Shown piece after piece: positions 12,085 through 23,207 of a stretch of DNA of 64,000 bases (its first letter is position 1; every line of letters begins with the position of its first letter). The notes below the pieces were generated by a model. That model saw nothing but the letters and a program-made list of their open reading frames with translations, ran no database searches and was not told the origin of the DNA. The position numbers were made by a program, and so were the translations under genes. This stretch comes from Blastocladiella emersonii ATCC 22665 (taxonomy: Eukaryota > Fungi > Blastocladiomycota), in NCBI GenBank assembly GCA_025594325.1, contig JANHCV010000008.1, forward strand, positions 62,001-126,000. Reading direction: 5' to 3'.

Positions 12085-13245
12085 ATGAACAGCTATACTG
12101 TCCCCGCGGCGGAAATCCCGCTGTACATTGGGCTGACGGTCGGGACTATTGTCACTTGCCTGGCCTGTTTGGCCGTTAGCGCCGTCGACATCGTAGTGCA
12201 GTTGCGAAGTCAAGCTCGACGTGATCCAGCAGTGGCCCCCGTCTTGACGCTACCTCGCTCATCAGCTCAGCGGCGGCGGTCATGTCCGAGCTTCGATTAC
12301 GTGCCGTTTGTGATGGTGGCCAGCGCGCTCTTTGCCGGTGCACTCGCTGTAGTCAGCCTCTATGCGATCTGCCAGCCGTCATTTCCGTTGATTCGAGACT
12401 ACTACTCGCTACACGTCCGGATCGGCCACGTCCAGTCGTCGCTGCTGGGGAGCTTCTCAAACGTAATCATGCTGCGCCGTGTGAAGACCATCTGCATCAA
12501 ACGCACGGGCTTGTTTCGCTTCATCACACCCGTCACGGTCACGCTTGCGCTCGCTATGGTTCCCGTAAACGTGACCATCGGCTACCTCCACGTTGAGCAA
12601 GTCGCCGCGACGACTGGGGCGTGGGCTAGTTTCGAGATCCGGCCCATTCTCTTGTACCTCAACGGCGGCCAAGCGCTTTGGTGTATCGCTTGCACCGTCT
12701 ACGCCTACCGGTCCGCCTTTGCCGGCTCCGACTCTGGGCACGCCGCAAAGCCGAGCATCGGCACACGCGTCTCGGCGTCCTTCTCGCGCGTGAAAACCAG
12801 CGCTGCCGTGCGCACGGCATCATCGACCACGTCCTCGTCGTCCCACTCGACGCCAGGTCCACCCGACCTACAATTGGGGTCTCGTGGCGGCGGTATCCGG
12901 CAGCACCTTCTCGCATCGGTCCGCCAAACGTACGCGGTGCTCACGCTCATCTACATTATCGGATGGATCGCCTCGCTCGTCTTCCTCGGCACGTCCGGCG
13001 CGTACCTGAGCATGGGTCCGCGGTCGCTTCTTTCGTCACTTCTCGCGTGCGGCGGGATCCTCCACGAGACGCAGTTCCGCAAGATTGTGCGTTCGCGCGC
13101 GACCCGCGGCACGCGCGTGGGCAAGCGCGCGGTGATGCACTTTGAAGACACGATGGTGGCCTCCGTCGCGCCAGCGAAGTCTATAGCCCAGGACGGCGAG
13201 GCGCAGTCGACTGAGAGTCTCGGGGAGATTGAAATATCGTCGTAA
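12085..13245 (+). CDS. 7TM GPCR-like membrane protein, group A (tandem paralog of 10634)
   Basis: Same motifs, seven hydrophobic segments, Ser-rich loop between TM5 and TM6. Confidence 0.82.
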   Translation: MNSYTVPAAEIPLYIGLTVGTIVTCLACLAVSAVDIVVQLRSQARRDPAVAPVLTLPRSSAQRRRSCPSFDYVPFVMVASALFAGALAVVSLYAICQPSFPLIRDYYSLHVRIGHVQSSLLGSFSNVIMLRRVKTICIKRTGLFRFITPVTVTLALAMVPVNVTIGYLHVEQVAATTGAWASFEIRPILLYLNGGQALWCIACTVYAYRSAFAGSDSGHAAKPSIGTRVSASFSRVKTSAAVRTASSTTSSSSHSTPGPPDLQLGSRGGGIRQHLLASVRQTYAVLTLIYIIGWIASLVFLGTSGAYLSMGPRSLLSSLLACGGILHETQFRKIVRSRATRGTRVGKRAVMHFEDTMVASVAPAKSIAQDGEAQSTESLGEIEISS

Positions 13246-13517
13246 TACAGTTGACGTCTGGCTCGATCGTCGTTCAACCCGGAAGGCGTTGGTGACAGCC
13301 GAGAAGAGGGCATTTTGTAAGATTGCCAAATCCGGGTTTGAACCTTGACACGGTCGCGCCGAAACCGAGGCGTCGGACACTCGCGCTGGGAGGCGAGACG
13401 CGTCGTTCAGCCGCACGTGACGGTTTCAAGCCTTGTCGACTGCAGATTCTCAATGCGGCCGATGCAACACCCCGAACGCACCTCAATTTAGCTTTATGCA
13501 ATGCGTCCGAAATAGCC

Positions 13518-14771
13518 ATGAAAGCATCGACCACCGCGAGCTATGTGATTCCAGCGTGGGAGCGCGACTTGTACCCGCGCGCGGCGCTGCTCGCACTGGC
13601 CATTGCCATGACGACTTTGGCCATCGTCTACGTCCTGACCTTCTGCCACCTCGAGGCGCCTCCTCTGGCGCTCCGCGTCCTCCCACGCACACGAAGGAAA
13701 TCATGGGTCGCACGCGCGCTGGACGCGGCCGGCCGGACTCGACACCAGTGGCACCGTCCGGGCCGGCGCAGCTCGCTGATCCTGGTCCTCGGCGCGCTTT
13801 TCGTCGGACAGGCGCTCAACGACGTGTGGGCGGCGTTCGGGCCGCGGTACCCCGAGGTCGAGCTGTGGCCCGCGTACATCAATGTGCGGCTCGCGCTGAT
13901 GGGCCCGTCTGGCGGGATCGCGACCATGATCCAGATCGACCGCACCGCCGCGCTGTGCTTCAAGTCGGCGACGACGCGGCGGCGGATGTGGGCCATGGCC
14001 GTCGCCGCGTGGCTCGTCGTATCGCCGCTCAATATCGTGTGCTCCGTGCTCGACGCGATGGACCTGATCGAGAAGGGCGGCAACTGGGCCGAGTACACGG
14101 GCCCGGCGTGGCTGTTCTCGATCAACCTCGTGTTCCCGATCGTCAGCGTCGTCGCCACGCTCGTCACGCTGCGGACGTCGTTCCAGATGGCGAGACCGAC
14201 GGGCAGCATTGCGGGATGGCGACCGAGCTGGCCGTCGCGCACTGGATCTGAAAAGTCGACGGTCAAGGTGCTCGTGGACGGCACCGCGGCCGTCGCGGAC
14301 CCCAAGGTCAAGGCGACGCGGTCGGCCGACGACGACCACTCGGCCGTGACGCTTCCTTCGCCACATCCCCGCTCACCCCTCGGCTCGGACCTCCTCGTCG
14401 CACCACCACCTATCTCGCGCCCCACCTCCTCAACATCCACGATCCCGGCGCCAGCGCCGTCACACGTGCAAGCGTCACTCGACTGGACGCTCAAGTCGCT
14501 GTGCGTGCTGTCTTTGGTGATGTGGGGCGCGTCGAGCGCGATCACGCTGGGCGCGGCCGATTTCTCGCCGGCGCCGCGGTTCTGCATCTCGGCCATGGCG
14601 GGGACGCCCGCGCTGCTCGTCGAGGCGCTGTTCAAGAAGCTGGTCCGGGTGCGCGTTGGGCGGCGTGCGGCAAGGCAGCGGAGTCTCATGCACTTCGAGT
14701 CGCAGCAGCAGCAGCCGGGCGCGACGGTGGTGGATGATGGCGGGTTGACGACGACGGTGGATAATAGATGA
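13518..14771 (+). CDS. 7TM GPCR-like membrane protein, group A (divergent)
   Basis: SYVIPAWE, YPEVELWP, DRTAALCFK, LRTSF, SLDWTLKSL, EALFKKLVRVR, SLMHFES. Likely start is ATG 13518. Confidence 0.75.
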   Translation: MKASTTASYVIPAWERDLYPRAALLALAIAMTTLAIVYVLTFCHLEAPPLALRVLPRTRRKSWVARALDAAGRTRHQWHRPGRRSSLILVLGALFVGQALNDVWAAFGPRYPEVELWPAYINVRLALMGPSGGIATMIQIDRTAALCFKSATTRRRMWAMAVAAWLVVSPLNIVCSVLDAMDLIEKGGNWAEYTGPAWLFSINLVFPIVSVVATLVTLRTSFQMARPTGSIAGWRPSWPSRTGSEKSTVKVLVDGTAAVADPKVKATRSADDDHSAVTLPSPHPRSPLGSDLLVAPPPISRPTSSTSTIPAPAPSHVQASLDWTLKSLCVLSLVMWGASSAITLGAADFSPAPRFCISAMAGTPALLVEALFKKLVRVRVGRRAARQRSLMHFESQQQQPGATVVDDGGLTTTVDNR

Positions 14772-14959
14772 TGAGATTCTGGAACTACAAGAAAAACGTG
14801 ATATTCCGACGCGTCTCGCGTTGTCTCGCACCTTCCACCGCGGCCGCGTCTCCCGGCCACCGTCCGTGATACCGGTCCAGTCAAGCAGATTTTCTTGGCA
14901 AAACCTGGTGCAATGTCCTTCAGGATACCCAATGAACAGCCCATGAAGCAGAAGCAGCC

Positions 14960-17059
14960 ATGGCCGGCTACACGCTCCCGCCCGGCGAGGCGGCCCTGTT
15001 CCGCATGCTGATGTGGATCGCAGTGCCGCTGGCCGCGCTCAACCTGGTCGCCGCGTGTTACATTTACGCGGTCAGCCGGCAGCGACACTTCCAGCCCGAT
15101 TTCTCTTCGTCGTCACCCGCGCATCCGTCGCCGTCGTACTCGAGCGACGTGTCGAGCGAGGCCGCCATGGCCGCGGCGCGGCCGAGCATCAGCGGCGTCA
15201 GCGGGATCTCGGGTCTGACGGGCGCAAGGCGGCGGCGGCACCGCGCGTGGCTGCGGCACCTGAGCCGGCGACTCCTGGCGCGGTCGACGCTGGTGCTGAC
15301 GGTGGCCGTGTGCCTTGCGGTCGAGACAGCAAACAACCTGCACATGCTGCTCTCTCCAACGTACCCGGAAGTGGACATGTACCCGCTTTTCATGCTGACG
15401 CGGGCCTCGTTCATGATGCCCATGGCGCCGCTCATGAACCTGCTGCTGGTCGCGCGGCTGTCGCGGCTGTGGGTCAACCAGCTCACGTACCGGCGCGACT
15501 GGACGCTGTGGACGATGCGCAGCGTGAGCATCGTGCTGATCCCGTTCAATATCGTCGGGTATATCATTGCCGCGGCGGTGACGAAAGCGACGGGCTCATT
15601 TCTCCACTTTGCCGTGCCGTGGATGACCTACGCCAACGCGATCTTGCCCATCCAGGGCCTCTCGATTACCTTCTACACGATGCACGTCGCGTTCGCGCAC
15701 GTCCCGCTCACGCGCCGCCAGATGCTCGGGTCCGACGCCGACATGCTGCGCGACGAGGCGCCCAGCGGTGGCGGGAGCAAGAGCGGCGCCGTGGCCAGCT
15801 CTGCGTCGGGCAACGTCCAGTCTTCGGTCGCGATCCCGCTCACCTCGCCGTCGACCGACCACCGCCTGGCCGCGCGCTCGCCGTCTGAGCCGATGCTCAA
15901 CAGCCCGCCCGGGATCGCGCCGCTCCCCGTCCTTGGCGCCGCGTCCGACGGCACCCTGCCCGCCGCGCAACCAAGGAAGCAGTCCGTCTTTTTCCCGGGT
16001 GTCGACCAACAGCAGCCGTCCGCTCCAAGGACGCCGCCGCCGCCGGTCCGCGTGACGACGGGTCTCTCGGCGTCGTCCATGTCGCGGCTCACGACCGACT
16101 CCTCGCGGCGCGACCTGCGGCTCGCTGGTCTAGCCGGGTCGCCGGCGTACTCGATGGGCACGGCGGCGCGCGCTTCGCGGTCGCTCAACCACCTCGCATC
16201 GACGTCGGCGCTGCTCGCGGCATCCTCGGCCGCGCCGGCGTCGCCCATGTCCCCGTCGCCGCTCCTCCCCCCGCCTCCACCGCTGCTCACCGCCGTCCCC
16301 GTCGCGCCACCCGCGGTCCGGCCGCGCGCGCCGACGGCCAACCCGCTGCAGCTCTCGCTCAACTGGACGTACCGGACCCTCACCCTCGTCTCGCTCGTGT
16401 GCTGGGTGCTGTACCTGGCGAGCCAGCTGGCGATCAACACGTACTCGCCGCTGGTGCGGTACGCCATGGCGATCCTGTCGACGCTGCCGGCGGCGATCGC
16501 CGAGACGCTCTTCTCGGTGCTCTTGCGCGCGCGCGCCCGCGTCGAGGTGTCCCGGTTCAAGCGCCGGTACACGGTGCTGCAGGGCGGCGGCGGCGGCGGC
16601 AGGGACGACGGGTCGGCGCTCGCGCTGCCGTGGCGCCGCCGCGTGGCGACGGGCGAGTCGGGCAGCAGTGCGGCGGCGCCGGGACTCGCGCGGACGGCGA
16701 CCGCCGCGGGTAGCAGCAGCCGCGTACTGTCGCGGTCGTCGCTCAACCTGTTCCGCGGCGCGGCGACCAGCAACGCGAGCCGCGGCGACGCAGAAGCGGC
16801 GGGGGTGGCGGCGGGCGAGCGGTGGACGGACCTCGACGCCCTCGCGCCGTCGCCGTCGAGGGAGAACCACGGCGGGATCGAGCCGACGCTCGCACGGCAC
16901 AACACGTACGCGGGCGCGCACGACCAGTTCTTTGAAGACTTTTCCGCGCTGCCGAGCCCGATCGACGACGAGGACGACGAGGACGGGGGCGTCGAGGTCG
17001 GCAGCGCCGGGCTCGCGGCCGCCGTCGGTGTGCTCAAGGACGCCGGTGCAGCGGGTTGA
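14960..17059 (+). CDS. 7TM GPCR-like membrane protein, group A (very long third loop and tail)
   Basis: GYTLPPGE, YPEVDMYP, SLNWTYRTLTL, ETLFSVLLRAR. Seven hydrophobic segments with a >200-aa Ser/Pro-rich loop after TM5. Confidence 0.75.
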   Translation: MAGYTLPPGEAALFRMLMWIAVPLAALNLVAACYIYAVSRQRHFQPDFSSSSPAHPSPSYSSDVSSEAAMAAARPSISGVSGISGLTGARRRRHRAWLRHLSRRLLARSTLVLTVAVCLAVETANNLHMLLSPTYPEVDMYPLFMLTRASFMMPMAPLMNLLLVARLSRLWVNQLTYRRDWTLWTMRSVSIVLIPFNIVGYIIAAAVTKATGSFLHFAVPWMTYANAILPIQGLSITFYTMHVAFAHVPLTRRQMLGSDADMLRDEAPSGGGSKSGAVASSASGNVQSSVAIPLTSPSTDHRLAARSPSEPMLNSPPGIAPLPVLGAASDGTLPAAQPRKQSVFFPGVDQQQPSAPRTPPPPVRVTTGLSASSMSRLTTDSSRRDLRLAGLAGSPAYSMGTAARASRSLNHLASTSALLAASSAAPASPMSPSPLLPPPPPLLTAVPVAPPAVRPRAPTANPLQLSLNWTYRTLTLVSLVCWVLYLASQLAINTYSPLVRYAMAILSTLPAAIAETLFSVLLRARARVEVSRFKRRYTVLQGGGGGGRDDGSALALPWRRRVATGESGSSAAAPGLARTATAAGSSSRVLSRSSLNLFRGAATSNASRGDAEAAGVAAGERWTDLDALAPSPSRENHGGIEPTLARHNTYAGAHDQFFEDFSALPSPIDDEDDEDGGVEVGSAGLAAAVGVLKDAGAAG

Positions 17060-17196
17060 TCGCTGAGATACATTCTTATTCTGCATGGACAGAGAGTGTA
17101 TGAGAGCGAGGAGCGGGGTCGACGAGGCGACCAAGTCGTCGCCGCGACCGTCCCCGACCCCGCTCTCTTTAGTACTCAACAGGCCATGTAACTCGC

Positions 17197-19125
17197 ATGA
17201 GTGCTCCGCCCAACATGTCGCAACGATCCCAGCAACCCATGAATCCAACCTCACCCGGCCCCGCCGTCGCACCCGTCGCCGCCCCCGCCCCGCTGACCGA
17301 CGCCGCGTACCTCGCGCTGCGCGAAGCCCGCAAGCTGCCGTACCCGCCGCTCCGCCCCGGCGCCCCCGCGGCGCGCGCGCAGGCCTGGATCGCGGCGCTC
17401 GAGCGCGACTGCGCCGCGCTGCACCTCCCGCGCCGCCTGTAGCACCTCGTCGCGCTGCACCACCTCGACCCGGAGCTCGCGCAGTCAACGTACTGGTCGG
17501 CCGGTGGAGAGGCGGGTGTGGGCGCGGGTGGGGAGGACGTGTGGGCGACGGGGCTCCGGCTCGCGCTGTTCCGCAAGCTCGGCGTCAGCGGGGCTGCGCC
17601 GTCTGCGCCGCCCGCACCGACCGCGGCGATCCCGGAGGATCAGTTACGGCCCGCTGCGCAATTGTGGCCCGGGCAGATCCCAGCGCCGCAGATGCTCAGC
17701 CTGGCACGCCCCGGAACCACACAGCCGCCTCCACCCGCGGGATCGACGCTTGCTGCTCCTGCGCCCGCCGCATCCTTGCCCTTCCCCCCGATACCGGCAC
17801 CCATACCCGGATTCGCGCCCGCGCTGATGAACCCGTTCCCGATGATGTATGGCATGAACCCGCCCGTTTGGCCCGGGCACGCGTACGGTCACGCGGCTGC
17901 TGCTGGTCATGCTGCTTCCGCGAACGCTCAGTTTCCGACTGCTGCTGGTCAACCGCCTGCACCCGTCCCGGCTGCTGCTGCTGCTGCGGCGGCGGCGGCA
18001 GCAGCTGGGCAAGCGCAGCCCGCTTCGCAATCGTTTGCTCCCGCCCCACCAACGGCGGCGACGTCGTCCATGCCCACCTCGTCCGCCGCATCGCCTGCCG
18101 CTACGGCCTCGAATCGGCCGGCTGCGCCCGCACCGGAAGTCGCCCCAGCGGCCGCTGCCGCCCGTGGAGCCTCCTCGCCGGCCGCTTCGGCTGCCGCGCC
18201 AGCTCCGCCGCGCCCGAGTGGCCCGCCGAGCGGACCCGCGCCGACTGCACCGCCCACGGTTACCGCAGCGAAACCGGCCGCTGCCACCGCGAAACCAGCT
18301 GCCGCCGCGAAGCCAGTCGCCCAAGCTGCCGCTACGGCCGCCGCCCCTGCTCCTCGATCCTCCGCGCCAGTCATTTCGCATCCTTCGCCTGCTCGTGCCC
18401 CTGTTCCGCGCCTGGTCCGCCGCATACCGAGCGGATCCAAGCCGTCGACGCAGCCGCCTTCCGCGACATTGTCAACCGCCGCCGCCGAGCCCAAGCTCGC
18501 GCCTTCCTCGTCCGACTCGACGCTGCCGCTGATCGGCCTCAAGCTCCCAGTCGGCGAGATCAAGCGGTCGGCCGGGTGGAGCTCTGACAGCGAGAGCGAC
18601 GATGACGACGACGAGGTGCAGGTCGTCGGCGAGAAACTGGGCCCGGGCGTGATCGCCGCGGCGCCGCCGAAGACGCCCGAGCGCGCGCCCGCGACGCAGG
18701 TACCCGCGCCTCCGCCGCCACGACCCTCGTCGCGCGCGTCGTCCTCTTCATCCTCGTCATCGTCGTCGGCTTTGGCGAACGCTGATGCAGCTGCAGCCGC
18801 TGCGGCCGCCGCCGCGGCCTCGTCCTCGTCATCCTCGAGCGCAAGCACTACGACCGCCGCCATGTCGGGCCCCGCGAAGCGCCCGCGCGATCTCGTCGAC
18901 GACGAGCCCGCTGCTCCCGCTCCTGCAGCCGGCAAGTCCAAGGCCGAGGCGTACATGGCGCAGATCGCGCACAACCTGCTGCGGTACGGCAGCGTGAAGC
19001 CGCGGAACTCGGTGCCCGGCGCCCGTCACACGAGCCGCAACAGCGGCGGGTCGTCGTCGGCGGCGGCGGCGGGATCGCGCTCGAGCCAGGGTGGTCCGCT
19101 CAAGCGGCCCAAGACGGAGCACTGA
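17197..19125 (+). CDS. Pro/Ala/Ser-rich low-complexity protein with a small N-terminal helical domain, interrupted by one in-frame TAG (17440..17442)
   Basis: ORFs 17197..17442 and 17518..19125 share one frame (LPRRL*HLVALHHLDPE). C-terminal basic PLKRPK motif. Confidence 0.6.
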
Positions 19126-19434
19126 GATGTTGTGGATCGCGTGAATGGACTGTCTCCCTCGTTTATTATGTGGAAACAACGTGAGGCAACATAGCCGACG
19201 CGTCGCGACGCGTGGGCGAAGAGAATTGTCTCCCACCCGCGCGTCAAGGCCCGGCGGGAGACGCGTTTTCGGTGCGAGACAGCCCGCGATTCTCACTCAG
19301 ATTCTCACTCGATACTGCGAGCACGCGTGGGCACTCTCAAGTCCCGCCCGCCTGCCCGCCGCCCGCTCCCGCTCCCTTGCTGTCGTCGCTCGTTCGCTCA
19401 CCGTAGTCACGGATCACGCACACGCACGCAAGGA

Positions 19435-21510
19435 ATGACGCGCCAACTGCCCCTTCTCGCGCTGCTCGCGCTCCTGGCCGCCGTCGCGCCGGCGCGCGCC
19501 CAGCTCCTCGACGACTTCAGCAAGACGTCGTTCACGTCCAACGCCCTCAACTCGCTCGGCGTCTGGCACGGCGGCAGCGGCGTCACGGGCGTCACGGGCG
19601 GCGTGGCGATCGCGTCGGTACGTCGAGCCGTCGGATCCGCGCGCGCGAGAACTCGAGACTGACGAGCAACGCGTGTGTGTAGGGCGGCTTCTTCGAGGAG
19701 CTCGTCAACTGCAAGGACATGCGTGGCACCTCGGTCGTCTTCGAGTACACGCCGAGCTCGGTCAACCAGAACATCGTGTTCGAGTACTTTGAGGGCTGCC
19801 AGTCCGAGGGTGCCGGCCACGCCGTCACGATCAAGGGCCCCGCGACCAAGACGCGCGCCACGGCGACCGTGCCCATGGCCACGTTCGGGACCAACGTGCA
19901 GTCGGTCAACGTACGCGTCGACGCGTTCTTCTCGTCCCGCGCTTCGACGCGACCTCCCTGCGCACGTCGCGAAGGCACGAGACTGACTGCCCTCGCTCGC
20001 TCGCTCGCGCCGTGTAGGGTATCCAATGGAACGGCCCGCTCACGATCCACAAGGTCAGCATCGCGACCGGCACGGCCACGGCCACGGCCACCTCGACGGC
20101 GACGTCCACCACGACCAAGGCCACCACCACCACGACCACCACGTCGACGTCGACGTCGACCTCTACTACGGTCAAGCCGACCACCACCACTACGACCAGC
20201 TCGACGACCACGACGGCTCCGCCCGCGTCGACCTTCTGCATCACCGAGGCCACGGACGGCACGTGCGGCGGCAAGAAGGTGTGCCCCGGCGGCCAGTGCT
20301 GCTCGCAGTACGGCTGGTGCGGCACCACGTCCGAGTACTGTGGGACCGGTACAACTTCTCCGCCCGTTCCCTCGCCTCGCTCGACACGACTAACCCGACT
20401 TTCGCATGTAGGGTGCCAGAGCCAGTGCAACCTGGTCGCGGTCGCCGGCGTCAAGCCGTGCAACGCCGTGTCCTCTTCGACTACTGCCACCACGGCGACG
20501 TCGAGCGTCCCGACCTCGACCGCCACGGGCACGATCCCCGCGGTCCCCGCTAGCCCAACCCTGTGGACCGTCTCGCCGTCCCTCACCAACGGCCAGTTCT
20601 CCAAGGACAGCTTCGGCATGTACACGAGCTGCGGGTGGTCGCGCATGTTCGCCCTCACCTACGACGACGGACGTACGTTGACTCGGGCGGTTGGATCGTG
20701 TGGGATGATGTTCACTGACGACCATCGCCGCTTGGACTCGTCTAGCGCACCCGACCCTGACCAGTACGTTCTCCCTTACGACGCTGACGAGAGGAACATG
20801 TTCGCTGACCCACAGCGCCTCTCGCTCGTAGGCCAGATCCTCTCGAACCTCGCGGCGGCGTCGTACAAGGTCACCTTCTTCTGGATCGGCCAGAACGTGC
20901 GCGACAACCCCACGATTGCGCAGCAGGTGATCAACGCGGGCCATCACGTAGCTCATCATAGTTGGTCTCACGCCGACTTTGCCACGCTTTCGGCGGCCGA
21001 TCTCAAGTCGGAGCTCGACCAGACCATCTCGGTCATCTCGCCGTACATCGGCGGCAAGAAGCCGCGCTACTTCCGCCCGCCGTACGGCTCGATGAACGCC
21101 GCCGTCATGGCCACGCGTACGTTGCCCCGCTTCCATGGTCACCGACGGATGCTGACCCTTGCCCAACGCGTGTAGTGACGGCCGCGCCGTACAACTTCCG
21201 CGTGATCCTGTGGGACCTCGACTCGAACGACTGGAAGACCGACGCCGAGAACCCGCCGTCGGCCATTCTCTCGTACTACCAGACCGAGCTCAACCGCACG
21301 CCGGCGTCGTCGATCAGCCACATTGCCCTCAACGTACGTTTTCATCGTGCTCGTGGCGCGTCTAGGGCTGACTTCGATCGTCCCAAACTGTAGCACGACA
21401 TCCAGCAGAAGGCCGTGACCGTCGCGCCGACGCTGTACCCCATGATCAAGTCGGCCGGGTTCACGGTTGTCCCGATGTTCATGTGCCACAACACTGAGGC
21501 GTACGCTTAG
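19435..21510 (+). CDS. Secreted CE4 (NodB) chitin/polysaccharide deacetylase: signal peptide, unknown domain, Thr linker, hevein CBM18, catalytic domain; 7 introns
   Basis: Hevein [33 protein letters not shown]4 motifs TYDDGP, HSWSH, RPPYG, DSNDW, LNHD, assembled across GT-AG introns. Confidence 0.88.
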
Positions 21511-21705
21511 GCATAGTTTATTCCCGCGTCGTCGTGGGCGGCTTTGATACCTCCTTCTTTCTGCAGACGTGCCCTCGCTCGCGATATACATGATCTAGCT
21601 GTGTCCACCGTGCCGGCTTTACTTTCGCCGCCTCCCTTCCAGTTCGATCAGCCGCATATGCAGTGAGATTACTGAGAAAACGAGCTTTTTTTACATCATT
21701 GAACC

Positions 21706-22896
21706 TCACGACGTCGGCGGCTTCCGCAACTGCGCGACCCGCGCGACCCGCGCGCCCTTCCGCGCCTGCCGCCTGCGCCGCCGCTTGAGCACCGTCTCAA
21801 ACGAGATCTCGGCCAGCAGCGCCGTAACCCCCGTCGCCGTGAGCACCGTGCCCGGCTGGATCGGGATCAGTGTCGGCCACAGCAGCACGACCATCATCAC
21901 CAGCAGGTCGACGATGAACACCGCCGTCAGCACCTTGAACGTCGACGTGACGGGCACCTGCAGCCCGGGCGGCCGGTTCTGCGCGACGAACGGCGCCGCC
22001 GCGGCCAGGGAGCGCGTGGAGACTTTGAGCGCCGCGGTTGACGTCGACGCGGCGGCGAGCGAATGCGTCGAGGCGGCGGCAAGGAGGCCGGAAGAACCGC
22101 GCAGCTCGTCCTTGTGCGGAACGGTCAGCGCCGACTGCGACACGGCAGTGGCCGCCGGGTCGGGTGTGAAGCTGCGCGAGCCCAACTCGCCCGTCGACGA
22201 AAGCTTGCCCGCGCTCCCGTGGCCGCCGCTAAGGGCGCCGCCCGAGTTCGAGTCTGCGGCCTCGATGGTCAAGAACGAGTTGGTGAAGGCGATGCGCAGC
22301 GACATAAGCGAGCCGGTCACGATGATGGCAGGGTACGCGCACATGGGCACGACCGCGTAGCTGGGCAGCAGGCTGACGGACGACCACAGCGCCGGATCGT
22401 TTTGCTGGATCAGGTACGCGAGGTTCCAGATCCCGACGGCCTCCTGGAAGATGAACACGGCCGCGCACACAAAGTAGACGACGGCCATGAAGCGTTTCCG
22501 CCAGGTCGGGTTGGCGACCACGATCAGCGAGTTGCGGTGCGCGACGGTGATCGTGAGGCACATGCCGAACGGCACGAACGACATGAGGAACCAGATCTGG
22601 GCCGACGTAAAGTTGGTCGACCCGGACGTCCAGAGATCAAGGTACGTCGTGAAGTTGTTGAGCGCGTCCGTGCCCGCGAGAAACGAGAGCAGCGCGAGAA
22701 GGCGGATACGCGACGTGGATCGGGTCCCGCCCCACGGCGCATAGACGCGGCCTGCGAGCGAGGGCACCGAGCACAGGCACATGACGACGAACGCCAGTCC
22801 GGTGATGGCCGTGAAGGTGCCGCAGACGATGGTCGAGAGCGCGATGTTGTGCGCCACCTCGAACCATATCGAGCACGAACCGTGTGAGTGATCCAT
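21706..22896 (-). CDS. 7TM GPCR-like membrane protein, group B (subgroup B1)
   Basis: Intronless, seven hydrophobic segments. HRNSLIVV after TM3, SLRIAF after TM5, TSTFKVLT, AEISFE followed by a basic tail. Confidence 0.82.
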   Translation of the reverse strand: MDHSHGSCSIWFEVAHNIALSTIVCGTFTAITGLAFVVMCLCSVPSLAGRVYAPWGGTRSTSRIRLLALLSFLAGTDALNNFTTYLDLWTSGSTNFTSAQIWFLMSFVPFGMCLTITVAHRNSLIVVANPTWRKRFMAVVYFVCAAVFIFQEAVGIWNLAYLIQQNDPALWSSVSLLPSYAVVPMCAYPAIIVTGSLMSLRIAFTNSFLTIEAADSNSGGALSGGHGSAGKLSSTGELGSRSFTPDPAATAVSQSALTVPHKDELRGSSGLLAAASTHSLAAASTSTAALKVSTRSLAAAAPFVAQNRPPGLQVPVTSTFKVLTAVFIVDLLVMMVVLLWPTLIPIQPGTVLTATGVTALLAEISFETVLKRRRRRQARKGARVARVAQLRKPPTS

Positions 22897-23207
22897 TTTA
22901 TGAGCTGCATCAACTTGGGTGCGAGCATGGAGTGTCTAGCATGCGAGCGTTCATGCACTGCGAGGACACTTGACGAGTGTCGACCCGCGCGCATCGAATG
23001 TCTCCCGCGTGATACGCGAAAACTTGCGTTTTGTTCCTGAACAACGCGTGACCGCGCGCATCGTTCAGCTCCACGTGACGCATCGCAATAGCTATTTCGA
23101 TAGGTTCGAAGGTCAGGTTCAGTTGCTTTTTAGTAGCTTGAAGCGCAGCAGGAGTTAAATAATCAGGGCTAGTATAATTCAGTACTGGCGGTCTAGTTCG
23201 GCCACGC

